A DNA stretch of 64,000 nucleotides from a cyanobacterium endosymbiont of Rhopalodia gibba (GTDB taxonomy: Bacteria; Cyanobacteriota; Cyanobacteriia; Cyanobacteriales; Microcystaceae): positions 1,408,001 through 1,472,000 of the forward strand of contig CP067995.1 in assembly GCA_045159875.1 (NCBI GenBank), given 5' to 3'. The translations under genes were made by a program, and so were the position numbers. The notes under the pieces were generated by a model that was not told where the DNA came from, ran no database searches, and saw nothing but the letters and a program-made list of their open reading frames with translations. This document shows positions 38,783 to 53,488 of this stretch, piece after piece; position 1 is the first letter of the stretch, and each line of letters begins with the position of its first letter.

Positions 38783-39924
38783 CCCTTTTTTAAAAATTCT
38801 TTTTTCTCTTGGTAAATTAGTCTGTAGCGTAATCTTGGACTAGCAATATAATGAATGTCGTTATTCTCTTAATGAAAGATAGATTATAGAACATCTAAAA
38901 ACTGTTTACCATACACTTTAACCTATGAATATAAGATGGATTAACTAAATAGTGGAGTCCTTTAGAATAGTATCCGCCAGAACTCATCGAGATAAGAAAA
39001 GTGTAGTGAGGTCACGTTTTGTGTTTATCACTAGTAATAAGGACTAGTCAAAAATTGTCAAATAATTATCAAACCTCAGAAAATACTTACTCGATACAGT
39101 GGTTTAACCACACTGAAGTAAGTTGTTCAGGGATTTCGTGTAGGTAACGAAGTAATAAAAGTGAACAAGATATTTTGCTTATAATCAAGCTTAATATTTG
39201 ACTTCTAATTAATATAGTTTTATTGACTGAACTAGTTTAATCGCAGTTAGTTTTATAGTAAAGTATTTTTATACTAGAAAAATTATCAGATTTTTCCTAG
39301 ATTTTACCATCTTTTAATTAATAAGTTGATATTTTCTGCTTTATCAGACAGTAGTTATAGCACAACAAAAAAATATTTTAAGGACTCCTAGTTTTTGACT
39401 TTTACTAAAAAGTGATTGAGACAGTACAAAAAGAATATAAAGAAGTTATAGTCTTTCTTCTATTTAAATTTCTTTTTAAAAAATAAAATAGGAGATTACC
39501 AAGCAATCTACCCATCGGCAATCAAGAACGACAGAAAAAGTCGTAAAATTAGCAAAAGTATACTTAAAGCCAAAAAAGTAATTAAACCGAGTATTATTTA
39601 AAATTTTTATCATTTTAAATATAGATTTAATCTATATAAAAATATGTATAGTTATTTACATGTAGAAATATTTAACAGACTGAAAAGTCATTCAGCAATT
39701 ACCCAACCTTACAGTTCTAATTTGATTAGGTTTATCTTATAATTTTTTAGCTAAGTAAGTATATATAATAACTTATTTGGCTATTTATAATATTAAAAAT
39801 AAGCTCTAACTAATTTTTAAAAAAATTTGATTATCTTGGCAAGCCAAAAATACTATTTAAAATAAAATAACTAATGTAAATAATTCAATAAAAATGTATT
39901 AGAGCATAAATACTTTTATTAAGT

Positions 39925-39974
39925 GATTTACGTTACTATTATTTTTTGATCAAAAAATAATAGTAACGTAAATC
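39925..39974. repeat. Perfect 50-bp palindrome with no loop, centred on GATC
   Basis: GATTTACGTTACTATTATTTTTTGA|TCAAAAAATAATAGTAACGTAAATC. Confidence 0.92.
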
Positions 39975-40325
39975 TTCTGCGTAGCAAACTAAATTTTATC
40001 TATCTTAATGGATTCGATAAAAAAATCTGCTTTTTTGATCAGCTCAAATGTAGAAATTAACTTAACGAGCTTTTTAACAAGGGGTTTTCAATTAAACAAA
40101 GTAACTCATCAAAGAGTAAATTCTATCTTAACCGCGTCTATGCTAAATGAACTGTCGTCTTACGAGATATAGAACTTATTGTTCTTGACAGTAAATGGGG
40201 TTTTTTTGATGATTTCCAACTTAGCCTATCCGCGAGAACATCATAAAATAGAAGGAAGTCTTAAAGACTAAAGGTCAATTAGGCTATTAAAATATTTAAA
40301 AGTTGTTTCTTAACTTCAAGCTAGA

Positions 40326-41159
40326 ATGATGACTAATAATCTTTGTATTTTAGTACTTATAACCAATGTTCTTACGGTTAATTCTTTAGTTTTTGCCCAT
40401 CCATTGGTGTTGTCTCAACAGCAAAACGACACCCCAACAGAATTAACTCCAAACAGTCTTTTATCTCAAACATTAGATGCTCTGGAATGGTATAACCAAG
40501 GGGTAGATAAAATTAATGAAGGAAACTATCAAGGAGCTATCACTGACTTCACTGAGTCCATCGAGTTGAACCCCCAAGATTCTGATGCTTATTACAATCG
40601 TGGCTATGCTCAACACGCCTTGGGCAAGCTCAATGAGGCTCTCAATGACTATAATCAGTCCATAGAGATCAATCGTGAATTTGCCTATGCTTATGGTAAT
40701 CGCTGTTATGCCTTTTTTCAACTAAAAGAATATCGAAAAGCTTTGACTGATTGTTCCGAAGCAATTAATCTTGATTCTAAATATGCTGATTTTTATATAT
40801 ATAGGGGTAATGCTAAAGATTACCTCGGTAATCATCAAGAAGCTATTGCTGACTATACTGAAGCTATCAGCCTTAATCCTAATTATGCCAAAACTTATTA
40901 CAATCGTGGTTTAGCTTACAATCACGCTGGAAAATTAGAAGCAGCGATCACTGATTACACCAAATGCCTAAAATTAAACCCCAATTTAGCTGATGCTTAT
41001 TACAATCGTGGAGTAACTAAGTTTCTGATAGGAAATCAGACAGCGGCTTTCATCGATATCCATAAGTCCGCAGAATTATTCAAAATTCAAGGTAATTCGG
41101 ATTATGCTAAGCAAGCTCACGATACTATTAAGAAATTGCAAGCTCAAAATGATACTTAA
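40326..41159 (+). CDS. Exported tetratricopeptide repeat protein
   Basis: Signal-peptide-like N-terminus (..VFAH) and about 6 TPR units with AYYNRG..AIxDYxxAIxLNP. Confidence 0.93.
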   Translation: MMTNNLCILVLITNVLTVNSLVFAHPLVLSQQQNDTPTELTPNSLLSQTLDALEWYNQGVDKINEGNYQGAITDFTESIELNPQDSDAYYNRGYAQHALGKLNEALNDYNQSIEINREFAYAYGNRCYAFFQLKEYRKALTDCSEAINLDSKYADFYIYRGNAKDYLGNHQEAIADYTEAISLNPNYAKTYYNRGLAYNHAGKLEAAITDYTKCLKLNPNLADAYYNRGVTKFLIGNQTAAFIDIHKSAELFKIQGNSDYAKQAHDTIKKLQAQNDT

Positions 41160-41469
41160 ATTTTGAGCTCTAGTTCGAGTGAATATTCAAAAGAGTATCG
41201 TTCTGTAGTACTTTAAGTAAAAATAATACAGTACTCATTTTTCCGATTAGGGAGCACAAGTGAAAATCGACCCTTTTCTTTACTCTCAATAATCATCGAG
41301 TCAACTACTATAAGGTTTAATCTTCAGGAGTCTTTTGACTTTATTCATTGTCTTTCCTCTTGACCCTAGTTAATACTTTATTTTATTAACTTAGTCTTTT
41401 TTTTTACTAGTAAAAGTTAATTATTTAGCTACTTTTACTGAAACATAAGTTTAAACAAGAGATGAACTC

Positions 41470-41765
41470 TAATCATTTAATTTTTCATTGTTTGGCGTCG
41501 CGGACTAGGGCTTTTGTCAATAAAGCTAAACCATCAGTTTTTTACGTTTGTTTAGTAACTTTACTATGATATATCGGCAATGCTATTCAAGGACTTTAAG
41601 ACAGGTTAAAAATATCTTCTTAAGAAATATTTAAGTTCATTGACTGTGTAGATTATCCTTTTTGATGTTAATTATGTCATTGATGAATTAGAAAAAAGAA
41701 ATAGGCGATAGTTTTGTATCTAGATTTTTGTCAAAATCTAGGATTTATGGGACACCCGTGGAATT
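41470..41765 (+). pseudogene. Alpha/beta hydrolase remnant (cyanobacterial dienelactone-hydrolase-like type)
   Basis: IFHCLASRTRAFVNKAK..YIGNAIQ, EIFKFIDCVDYPFDVNYVIDELEKRN, LGFMGHPW correspond in order to SHGLASR..HIGSD, FIDRPxDxxYVIDELERRN and GHSFGG. Confidence 0.6.
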
Positions 41766-42500
41766 CTTATTTGATGATTATATAGCTTTTGCTAAAATAG
41801 TTAATTTCTTAATATTAAAATTTTAAAATATAATTATAGTCATAAAAACTAATAAATAAATCTCTATTCACTTTGAAAATATTTAGTAGTAAAATACTAT
41901 CGTTAGGATTTTATTTTTAAAAGTGAATAAGTTAATTCAATTCTAGTTATTAACTCAAATTTTAGTTATTCACCCAATAACCAGTGTTTTTTTAAACCAA
42001 TAGCAATAAAAACCTGAAAAAATTTATGTTGTTTGACATTAAGAATAACTACTCAGTCTGAATTAAGGAACAAGTTTAATATTAACTTTTCTAAATTAGA
42101 TACAAGTACCAAGATTTAACTGAATTATTTATCTAGTTTAAAGCTTCTTAAGCGGAAGTTTATTAATACTATTTTTAAAATAACTTTTGAGATAATTTAT
42201 ATATCTAAACATTAATTTTTTGATCTTTTTCTAGGTTTGCTTATAACTCACATTTTTCAAATAAAAAGCCATTAAATTTATAAAATTAAGGATAATATTT
42301 TTTGAGTGAATTATTGACTTTAATAAAACCGGCTATTTTTTAATATATTGTTTTTCTGTTCAAAATTAATAAAAAACTTATAAAAAAAGTTGCATATGAT
42401 GTTCTACAAAAAAATGTAAAAACTAAAATTAGTAATAAAACTTTAAAGAAACAATTTTTAAATGAATCTTTTTGAAAGTTGCTTTTAACTAAAAAACAAG

Positions 42501-42533
42501 ACTTGTAGGGTGAGTATTACCCACTCTACAAGT
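42501..42533 (-). terminator. Terminator hairpin downstream of pgm
   Basis: ACTTGTAGGGTGAGTA-T-TACCCACTCTACAAGT with a T-run further along the minus strand. Confidence 0.7.
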
Positions 42534-42551
42534 TTTAATTAAGGAGATAAG

Positions 42552-44192
<1,641 letters not shown>

Positions 44193-44380
44193 CTAACTAT
44201 AATCTTGATAGTGTAAGCGTTTGAACGATTTAGATAACTTCAATATGGTAAATTAACTTGGCCTTATTTTATAGTCAATAGGCAATGAAACAACCTTGGA
44301 GTTATTTAGATATTTATTTTTTAGATGATTTTATAAGATTTGTTTTATTTATCTATACTTCAATGAAAATGGTATTTTCA

Positions 44381-44995
44381 ATGTCTAAATCTCCCTCATC
44401 TTCTTTAATTATTCCCCAACTGATTATCGGACTAGGAAATTGTGAAGCTAAATACGATAAAACTCGCCACAATATTGGGTTTGAAGCTCTTGATGCATTG
44501 TCCCAGACTTGGCAGTTATCCTTTACGGAAAACCGCCGTTTTCAAGGTTTATTCACCGAAGGAATGGTTAAAAATAACCAGAAAATTTACTTACTTAAAC
44601 CGCTCACTTATATGAACTGTTCAGGTCGATCAGTTCGCGCTGTCAGCGATTGGTATAAACTGTCACTGAACTCAATATTAGTCATTTATGATGATATGGA
44701 TTTACCTATCGGACGAATACGAATTAGATTAGGGGGATCAGCTGGAGGACACAATGGTCTAAAATCAGTTATTTCCTATTTAGGTAGCGAGGACTTTCCT
44801 CGGTTACGTATTGGAATTGGTGAATCTCATCCTTCTAAAGAAACGATTTCCCATGTTTTAGGAAAGTTTACCTCTGATGAAAAAAACATTATGGAGAAGG
44901 TCTTACCCTTAGTAGTCAATGCTTTGGACATGAGTCTCAAAGAAGGAATTGAAAAAGCTATGAGTCTCTATAATAACCGCACAGCTATCAAATGA
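44381..44995 (+). CDS. pth: Peptidyl-tRNA hydrolase
   Basis: LIIGLGN, TRHNIGF, KPLTYMN, YDDMD, GGHNGLKS, RLRIGIG; start codon uncertain. Confidence 0.95.
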   Translation: MSKSPSSSLIIPQLIIGLGNCEAKYDKTRHNIGFEALDALSQTWQLSFTENRRFQGLFTEGMVKNNQKIYLLKPLTYMNCSGRSVRAVSDWYKLSLNSILVIYDDMDLPIGRIRIRLGGSAGGHNGLKSVISYLGSEDFPRLRIGIGESHPSKETISHVLGKFTSDEKNIMEKVLPLVVNALDMSLKEGIEKAMSLYNNRTAIK

Positions 44996-45047
44996 GGTAT
45001 AATATACTGCCGTAGGTAGTGTAGCTAGAATAGACGAGGTTTATCTG

Positions 45048-45377
45048 TTGCAGGAGTCATTAGAGTTAGAGTCAAGATTTCTTTTAAAAGCACTTTGGTT
45101 AGATGCTAATGTAGCGATTACTGTGGATCAAATGGTGGGAAAGGGAACCAGTCCCCTAACTGACTATTTCTTTTGGCCAAGGAACGATGCTTGGCAACAG
45201 TTAAAAGATGAGTTAGAAGCCAAACATTGGATTTCGGAAACTGAAAGGATTGAAATTCTCAATCAAGCCACAGAAGTCATTAATTATTGGCAGGATCTCC
45301 GTAACCAAGGCAGACGCATCTCCATGGCTGATGCTCAAGCCATGTTTCCAAAAGTCGTCTTCAGTGGCAGCAATTAA
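45048..45377 (+). CDS. ycf65: 30S ribosomal protein PSRP-3 / Ycf65
   Basis: [46 protein letters not shown]. Confidence 0.93.
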   Translation: MQESLELESRFLLKALWLDANVAITVDQMVGKGTSPLTDYFFWPRNDAWQQLKDELEAKHWISETERIEILNQATEVINYWQDLRNQGRRISMADAQAMFPKVVFSGSN

Positions 45378-45392
45378 TCTGATGGCGCTAAC

Positions 45393-45437
45393 AGATGAGG
45401 GCTGAGTCTTTAAGCCTTTGCCCTCATCTAATTTTTT
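45393..45437. terminator. Hairpin between convergent ycf65 and atpC
   Basis: AGATGAGGGC...GCCCTCATCT followed by AATTTTTT. Confidence 0.7.
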
Positions 45438-45452
45438 CTTGGAATTAAATCC

Positions 45453-45863
45453 TTAAACTAGTCCAGCAGATGCTTGAAGACGTGCTCTAGCTCGTTTTAG
45501 GGCTTGGGATGCTTTGATTCGTTCTAGACGGTTATTCCCTTTATTTGCTTGCTCTAAATGGGTTTGAGCTTTACTGAATTCCGCTTGTGCTTCCTCTTTG
45601 CTGATATTATCGTCAACCTCTGCTGAATTAACCAGAACTTTGAGAACATCGTGGTCGACTTCGGCAAAGCCGCCCATAACTACTAAGTTTTTCCAATTCT
45701 TATCAGGGCGGATTCGCATAACCCCAATGTCGAGAGCAGTTAATAGAGGAGCATGACCAGATAAGATTCCCAACTGTCCAGACGTGCTTGGTAAGATGAC
45801 TTCTTTTACAGTGTCATTCCAAACGATTCTGTCTGGAGTAATCACACAGACTTGTAATGTCAT
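45453..45863 (-). CDS. atpC: ATP synthase F1 epsilon subunit
   Basis: [45 protein letters not shown]. Confidence 0.97.
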   Translation of the reverse strand: MTLQVCVITPDRIVWNDTVKEVILPSTSGQLGILSGHAPLLTALDIGVMRIRPDKNWKNLVVMGGFAEVDHDVLKVLVNSAEVDDNISKEEAQAEFSKAQTHLEQANKGNNRLERIKASQALKRARARLQASAGLV

Positions 45864-45906
45864 ATCAGTTATTCACTATTAGTTTTAACTATCAATTATG
45901 TAGTTA

Positions 45907-45955
45907 TCAGTCAACAGTGACTCAAAAGGTATTTATCCAAGAGACTGTTGACTGA
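45907..45955. other. Intercistronic hairpin (12-bp arms) between atpD and atpC
   Basis: TCAGTCAACAGT ... ACTGTTGACTGA. Confidence 0.6.
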
Positions 45956-45962
45956 GGAAGGA

Positions 45963-47435
<1,473 letters not shown>

Positions 47436-49115
47436 TTAAGGGGTTAGCTTAGAGTTTGGCTAAGGTAGAACCTACTCTCATTAATCTTCTTTCGCCACCC
47501 TATAGAGTACCACTTCTGGGTAACACGGGGAATGTCTCTCAGATTGTTTGGAGAAACCCAGTTTTATCAAGACCTGCCATGTAAAAAATTAAAATCTAAA
47601 GATAAAATTTAATCACTAACAATAAGCTTCTCAAAAATCATAATCTTAACATAGATAATACAATATCAGGTTTTGTGTCTGAATTAAATCAAATTAAATT
47701 AATTTTTTTTACTTGACTTAAACCTATAGTATTAAATGTTCAAGTTAGTTTAATACATGAAATTTTAAGTTGACAAGAACTCAATAATTACGTATTTTAA
47801 AATTCCAAATAAAATAAAAAAAGTTCGATTTATTGAAAAAAATAGAATAGATTGGACATTAACTTGTATTTATCATAGTTTAACTATCAGTAAATTTATT
47901 TATATTAATAAATTAACTATAAAATATTTTTTTTCGACTGAGAGCTAATTAATATAAGAATAAATCCACAGAAGAGTTAATATGTTGAAACATCAAAAAA
48001 TATATATTTTAAGATTTACGATAAAAATTATCACTATAAACTTAAGAAGTAAAAATTTTGACTAAGACTTAAGAAATCATAGTAGCATTACTAGTTTTAG
48101 ATAAACGGCAGACGCTAAATCTTTTAGATGTAACTATGATGTCTTATTTTAAAAAAATAAATAAAACAGAAGATGACGGAGCGATCACTAACCAATAATA
48201 AAAATACAGTTAAGACAAGCAAAAATTTAAGTTTTTTATTTAAGTAAAATAATGATGCAGCTTAAACTATTTAAGTTTAAGCATCGGAGATAGTAGTACT
48301 TATTGTTGTATAATTATTTATACACAAAACACCAATAGCAGAGAAATATAAATATTAATAAATGAACTAAAATAAAAAAATTTTTAAAAATATTAGAAAT
48401 AGCAAAGTGTATTTATATAAGTCAATATTTAAGAATATAAATCATATTACATTTATTCATGGTTTTACAAAATAAATACGTTATTTTAATATATTGAAAA
48501 TAGTTGTGATAGAGATTTGTTTAAAACTTGATCATCTCAAAATTAAATTTTTCGATGGGGACTAGAAAATTTTATTATTAAAAATAATGTTACTTTTTAT
48601 CTCAAAAAATAGAATATAAACTATAGTATCTCTTCCATAAATTTTTAGATTTGGATATAATTAAAATTGAATATTGCAAATGAATCAATGTAATAAACTG
48701 AAGTTAGAGTAAATAAATTTTATATAGTTAAATATATTGGTAATCAGTTAGATGATTAATTTTTTTAAAAAAATTAGAAACCAAGAAGTTTAAAAGACTA
48801 GTTATAATTTAAAAATTATATTTACTTTGAATATTAGTACATATACTTTGATTAAAAAATTAAGAAAATTTAAGTGAAAGAATCAAAGGCTAAATTAGAT
48901 TTAAATTAAGTTAATAAAACTTTAGCAGTCCTCTTAAAAGTCTGCCAATTAAAATATAAAATTTTTTTTACTCAGTATTTTATGGTAAATTTAATTACCA
49001 TATTTTCTTGATAAAAAAATAACCGATAATAATAAGTTAAATTTTAGTTAATTTATAGTTTTTTAGCAAAATTACAATTATTTAATAAGGCTTATTTTAT
49101 TTTTTTTTTAAAATA

Positions 49116-49157
49116 TTTACTTTCTTAAAGTTTCACTATAAACTTTAAGAAAGTAAA
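49116..49157. repeat. Perfect inverted repeat, 18-bp arms, 6-nt loop
   Basis: TTTACTTTCTTAAAGTTT-CACTAT-AAACTTTAAGAAAGTAAA. Confidence 0.85.
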
Positions 49158-49999
49158 CCAGTAAATACTCTCTATTAATTTATAAAAAATTTTGTTATTT
49201 TTATGATAAAACTATTTGTTATTATCCTTTATTGATTAATAAGAGTTTTTTAAAAAAAACTTTATATTTGAGTCAAATTTTTATCGATTAAATTCAGTTA
49301 TTTTTTATTTATTATTGAAATTTAATTCTAGAAAATTTCTCTCGGGACGTATAACTATTTATAGTCCTGACTTATCAAGACAGTTTTTCATTTTACAATA
49401 AAATTTTAAACTATTAATTTTTATATTGCTCTGTATTCATAACTCATAAATATTCTCTCTATGAGAGAGAATATTTTGTATAATTTTTTTATAAGTTGAT
49501 CTTTAACTATTTTTTAGTTCCAAATAACTTCTGATTTTATGTCTTAAGCATGGAACTTTTTTAAAAAATCTGGGGGTTTTTAAAAATATACTCTCTGTAA
49601 TTCTAAACTTTTTAAACAAATTTTTTATTTGTCTAGTCTAATAAACTATTTTTATACTGTCTACTTTATTAAAGATTTTATCAATTAATCAATATCTATA
49701 ATCTTAAATTTTTTTAAAATGAAATTCTACCTTCTTAACTCTATTTTTCTAAAAAGTATTCTTTTAATCGAATCAAACTAAACCACAATCTTAAAGATAG
49801 TTTTTTCTTCGTTTTATATAATTTCTTTATTTTTTACTATTACAAATACACAACTGTATTTAGTATTACTAGTTAATTATACAATGTCACTAAAAAAACT
49901 TTTCTACAAGAAGAAGAATGAGTATCTCAGTAAAGATGACAAGTTAACTATGTCGAAATTAGTTTTATTAAAGCTAAGTTGCTATTAATAAATAGAAAT

Positions 50000-51616
50000 C
50001 TAGTTTAATGTGGCGATAACTTTGACTCCGAATTCATTTTCAAAAACAAGTTTATTATAGTTTAAATTCCACAGTTCTAAGGCACAATCATCGTTAGAAT
50101 CAGTAGGAAGTAAATGTAAATAAAGTTCTTTATCTTCTTCATTATACCTACAATTAACAGTTTTAATGGCTTCTATTTGCCTACTATTGAGAGCAACGGC
50201 TAAACGTAAAATCGTATTTAATTGTTTAACTATTTTTCGATGAGTATCCGGTAACTTACTATAGGGCTCATGTTTTTTCTTGGGGATACTTTTACGATGA
50301 TAACGAGCCAAATTGGCAATAGTTTCTAATTCAAGTTCTGTAAACCCTAATAATTCTGCATTACGAATCAAATAATAAGAATGTTTATGATAAGCGGAAT
50401 GACTAACATATAAACCACATTTATGTAAAATAGTTGCTGCCCAAAGTAACTCCCATTCTTCTGTTCCCCAATTATGAAAAATTCCTTTTAATTGTTCAAA
50501 TAAACTTTGGGCAAATTGTGCTACTCTTTCAGTATATTCCATGTTAACTTGATACTTACGAGCAATTGTATAAACACTACGATGACGTACTTTTCCCTGA
50601 TAACACAATCGATCTTCAATTAATTTGTGAGTTAACATCCAGTCAACAATTATCCCTTCACGTAATGCCCGTTCACAAATGGTAATATTATCTAGCGATA
50701 GCATGGCCATTGCTTCCATTAAAATTACTCCACCTGCCACAATAATTTCGGCACGTTTATCAGACATACCTGAAACCTTTAACCGTTCTTCATAAGTCAT
50801 TGAAGCAAATTTTTTTACTAAATCTTTAATCTCTTTACGTTCCATTCGATAACCCTGAAGAGGACTAGGAATTTCTCCTGACTTTTGTAATGCATTTATA
50901 GTTACTAGAGTTTCAATAGTTCCGGAGGTTCCCACCAGTTGAGGCTGTTCGTTGTTGCCTAGTTTACGACGTAATTCATCAATTGGATGTTCAAGCATTC
51001 CCCGTGCATAAGCTCGTAAATTAGTAAATTCGGTTTCACTGAGGGGATCAGTAGTTATCAATTCCTCTGTGAGTCGTACCGCTCCAACTTTGATACTACT
51101 GAGAAAACGGGGTTCATGAACATCAGCAAGGATAATTTCTGTTGAACCTCCTCCGATATCAATAATGACATGAGGACGATCCTGAAAATCCATACCTGAC
51201 AAGACTCCTAGATAGATGCGACGCGCTTCTTCATAGCCAGAAATTAGATCAACTTGAATACCAACCTCTAATAAAACTCGTTGAATAAAATCTTGTCCAT
51301 TAGGAGCTTCCCTAGTAGCACTAGTAGCAATAGCAACAATATGCTCCACTTTCAAGCTAGTGGCTAAGTCTTTACAGCGTTTTAGAGATGCGATTGCCCG
51401 TTTTATAGCTTCTTCGGTTAACTTTCTAGTTTTTACCTCCCGCTCTCCTAGCCGAACTGTATCTTTTTCTCGACTTATGATCGTGAAGGTGAGCAGAGTT
51501 TTATCAATTTCTACTACCACCATATGGATCGAGTTTGTTCCGATATCAATGGCTGCTAATAGACAAGTATTACGGTTGTCACTATTAGTAGAGTTATAAT
51601 TAATAGATGTTGTCAT
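50000..51616 (-). CDS. ppx: Exopolyphosphatase Ppx/GppA family
   Basis: AAIDIGTNSIH, ATSATREAPN, EEARR, DIGGGSTE, ALREG, HKHSYYLI, ARYHRK. Confidence 0.95.
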   Translation of the reverse strand: MTTSINYNSTNSDNRNTCLLAAIDIGTNSIHMVVVEIDKTLLTFTIISREKDTVRLGEREVKTRKLTEEAIKRAIASLKRCKDLATSLKVEHIVAIATSATREAPNGQDFIQRVLLEVGIQVDLISGYEEARRIYLGVLSGMDFQDRPHVIIDIGGGSTEIILADVHEPRFLSSIKVGAVRLTEELITTDPLSETEFTNLRAYARGMLEHPIDELRRKLGNNEQPQLVGTSGTIETLVTINALQKSGEIPSPLQGYRMERKEIKDLVKKFASMTYEERLKVSGMSDKRAEIIVAGGVILMEAMAMLSLDNITICERALREGIIVDWMLTHKLIEDRLCYQGKVRHRSVYTIARKYQVNMEYTERVAQFAQSLFEQLKGIFHNWGTEEWELLWAATILHKCGLYVSHSAYHKHSYYLIRNAELLGFTELELETIANLARYHRKSIPKKKHEPYSKLPDTHRKIVKQLNTILRLAVALNSRQIEAIKTVNCRYNEEDKELYLHLLPTDSNDDCALELWNLNYNKLVFENEFGVKVIATLN

Positions 51617-52988
51617 AGACTCAGTTTCTTGATTCTTTTATAGAAGAAGGCCTTTGGGTAATTTATTAAATTATTTTTCTCAATTAAGTAACATAAGTAT
51701 TACTTAAATATTTACATAAATAAACAAGACAAATCTGATAATCCATAATTCGCTTATCCCTATTATAATTATAACCTTTTTAAGGGTTATAATTATAAGT
51801 AATTTTTAATTAAAATTAAAGAGAATAAGATAATAATCATATATTATCACATTATTTTTATTAAAAAAATTGGTAACAATGAGTATAGTAATTACTATAT
51901 TTTTTATTTAACTACTCTATCCAAAGAGAATTAACACTAAACTAATTATATATTTATTGTAATCTAAAAAATATTTTTTTATTTAAGAAGAAAGAAACGT
52001 TAACTTAAATTTTTAAAAAAACTAGACTTTATGATAATTAAAATTGATATTATAGATAATCCATTTAAAGCGTTAATAATTAAATGGACTAAAGCCCAAA
52101 AATTAATAGATAGTTATTTGCACTGAACAAAAAATTAAACAACTATAAATATAAAGTAAAGATTCATATTTTATAATTATTAAATATAAACAATATATTG
52201 GATAAAGCTGTTTAAAAGGATTAAATAGATAATATTATTTCTAATACAAATAAAAAAATATTATATGTCAATATCAAAGATATTATACACTCTTTAAGAC
52301 TAGATTTTAAGTATGAAATAACGTTTAAATTTTTAAAAAATATTAAAAGTAAAACTTGACATAAAAAATAAAATAACTTAGCTTAAATTGATTGTTTTAG
52401 TAATTAGTAGATGGATTTGACTGTAAATTGCCAAACAAACTTCTTAAAAATATATAGAATGTTTAATTATTAGTTTAGAGATCTTAATAAAAATAATAAA
52501 CAATTATAGATAAATAAAATAAAAAGAGTAGAAATTAAATCAGATTCAACAGGTTTAAAGTTAGATAAGATTTTTATTAACTTTGGAAAACTAATCCTTA
52601 TTACCATTGAAATAGCAGCAATTACATGTATAGTTTTGATGCTATCAAATAGTCTATAAAAATAATAAATAACTTTTAAAAAATTACTTTATGTATAGAA
52701 AGTTATTGATTTTTGAATTAATTACTACCAAGTAAACTTATTTTTTTATAAAAAAATTATTACAAAAAAAAGTAAAAAAATATCAAATTATTCTTAAATA
52801 GTAGCGAAGTCAATGATTAAAAATATAAAAATACTGATGTTTTTCAAAGAAATTTAATTAAATGAAAAAATAAGTTGTAGGCTACGACTAGCAGATTTAG
52901 ATTAAAAAGTAACTGTTATAGCTATAAAAGTAGGAAAATTTTTAAAATATAAACTTAAAATAAAGTTTAGTAAATTAAGACAAAGTTT

Positions 52989-53025
52989 CATATGAATACT
53001 TCTATATTAGAGAAGTATTCATATG
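52989..53025. repeat. Perfect inverted repeat, 15-bp arms, 7-nt loop
   Basis: CATATGAATACTTCT-ATATTAG-AGAAGTATTCATATG. Confidence 0.8.
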
Positions 53026-53488
53026 GCAGACTAAAATAATAAAGAATAAATTTTGTTGAATGAATTTAATTTATTAGATAAAACAAAATAGAAAATATTT
53101 TTTAATATTAATTTTAAAAAAACTATCATAAAAATAAATAAAAAAATTTACTAAGATTACAAGTTTTTATTTTTTTTTGCAAAAAAGTTTAACAAAATTA
53201 CTTTTTTTTAAAAAAATAAAAAAAATAAAAATATATACAGGCATAAAAAATCAAAAGATATTAGCATACTATTTACTTAGCTTAATGTCTTTGATATTAA
53301 ATAAAATTTAAAATAATTTAAATAGAAAAAATTGAATTATAAAGGACTATTTTGGCATTTTTATTCGTTTACAATAAGTTTATATCTTAATTGTGTAGAC
53401 TGTTAAATATTTTTTTAGAATATTTTTTATTAGTTTTATGGTAACTTCTATGATAGAAAAGTTACAAATAATTAGTCTAATTTATTTT

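Noticed and set aside
47480..47540. CIRCE or groES relic upstream of atpD
   Set aside because: No TTAGCACTC-N9-GAGTGCTAA and no GroES-like translation seen; the sequence reads better as an extended -10 (TGGTACTCT) for atpD.
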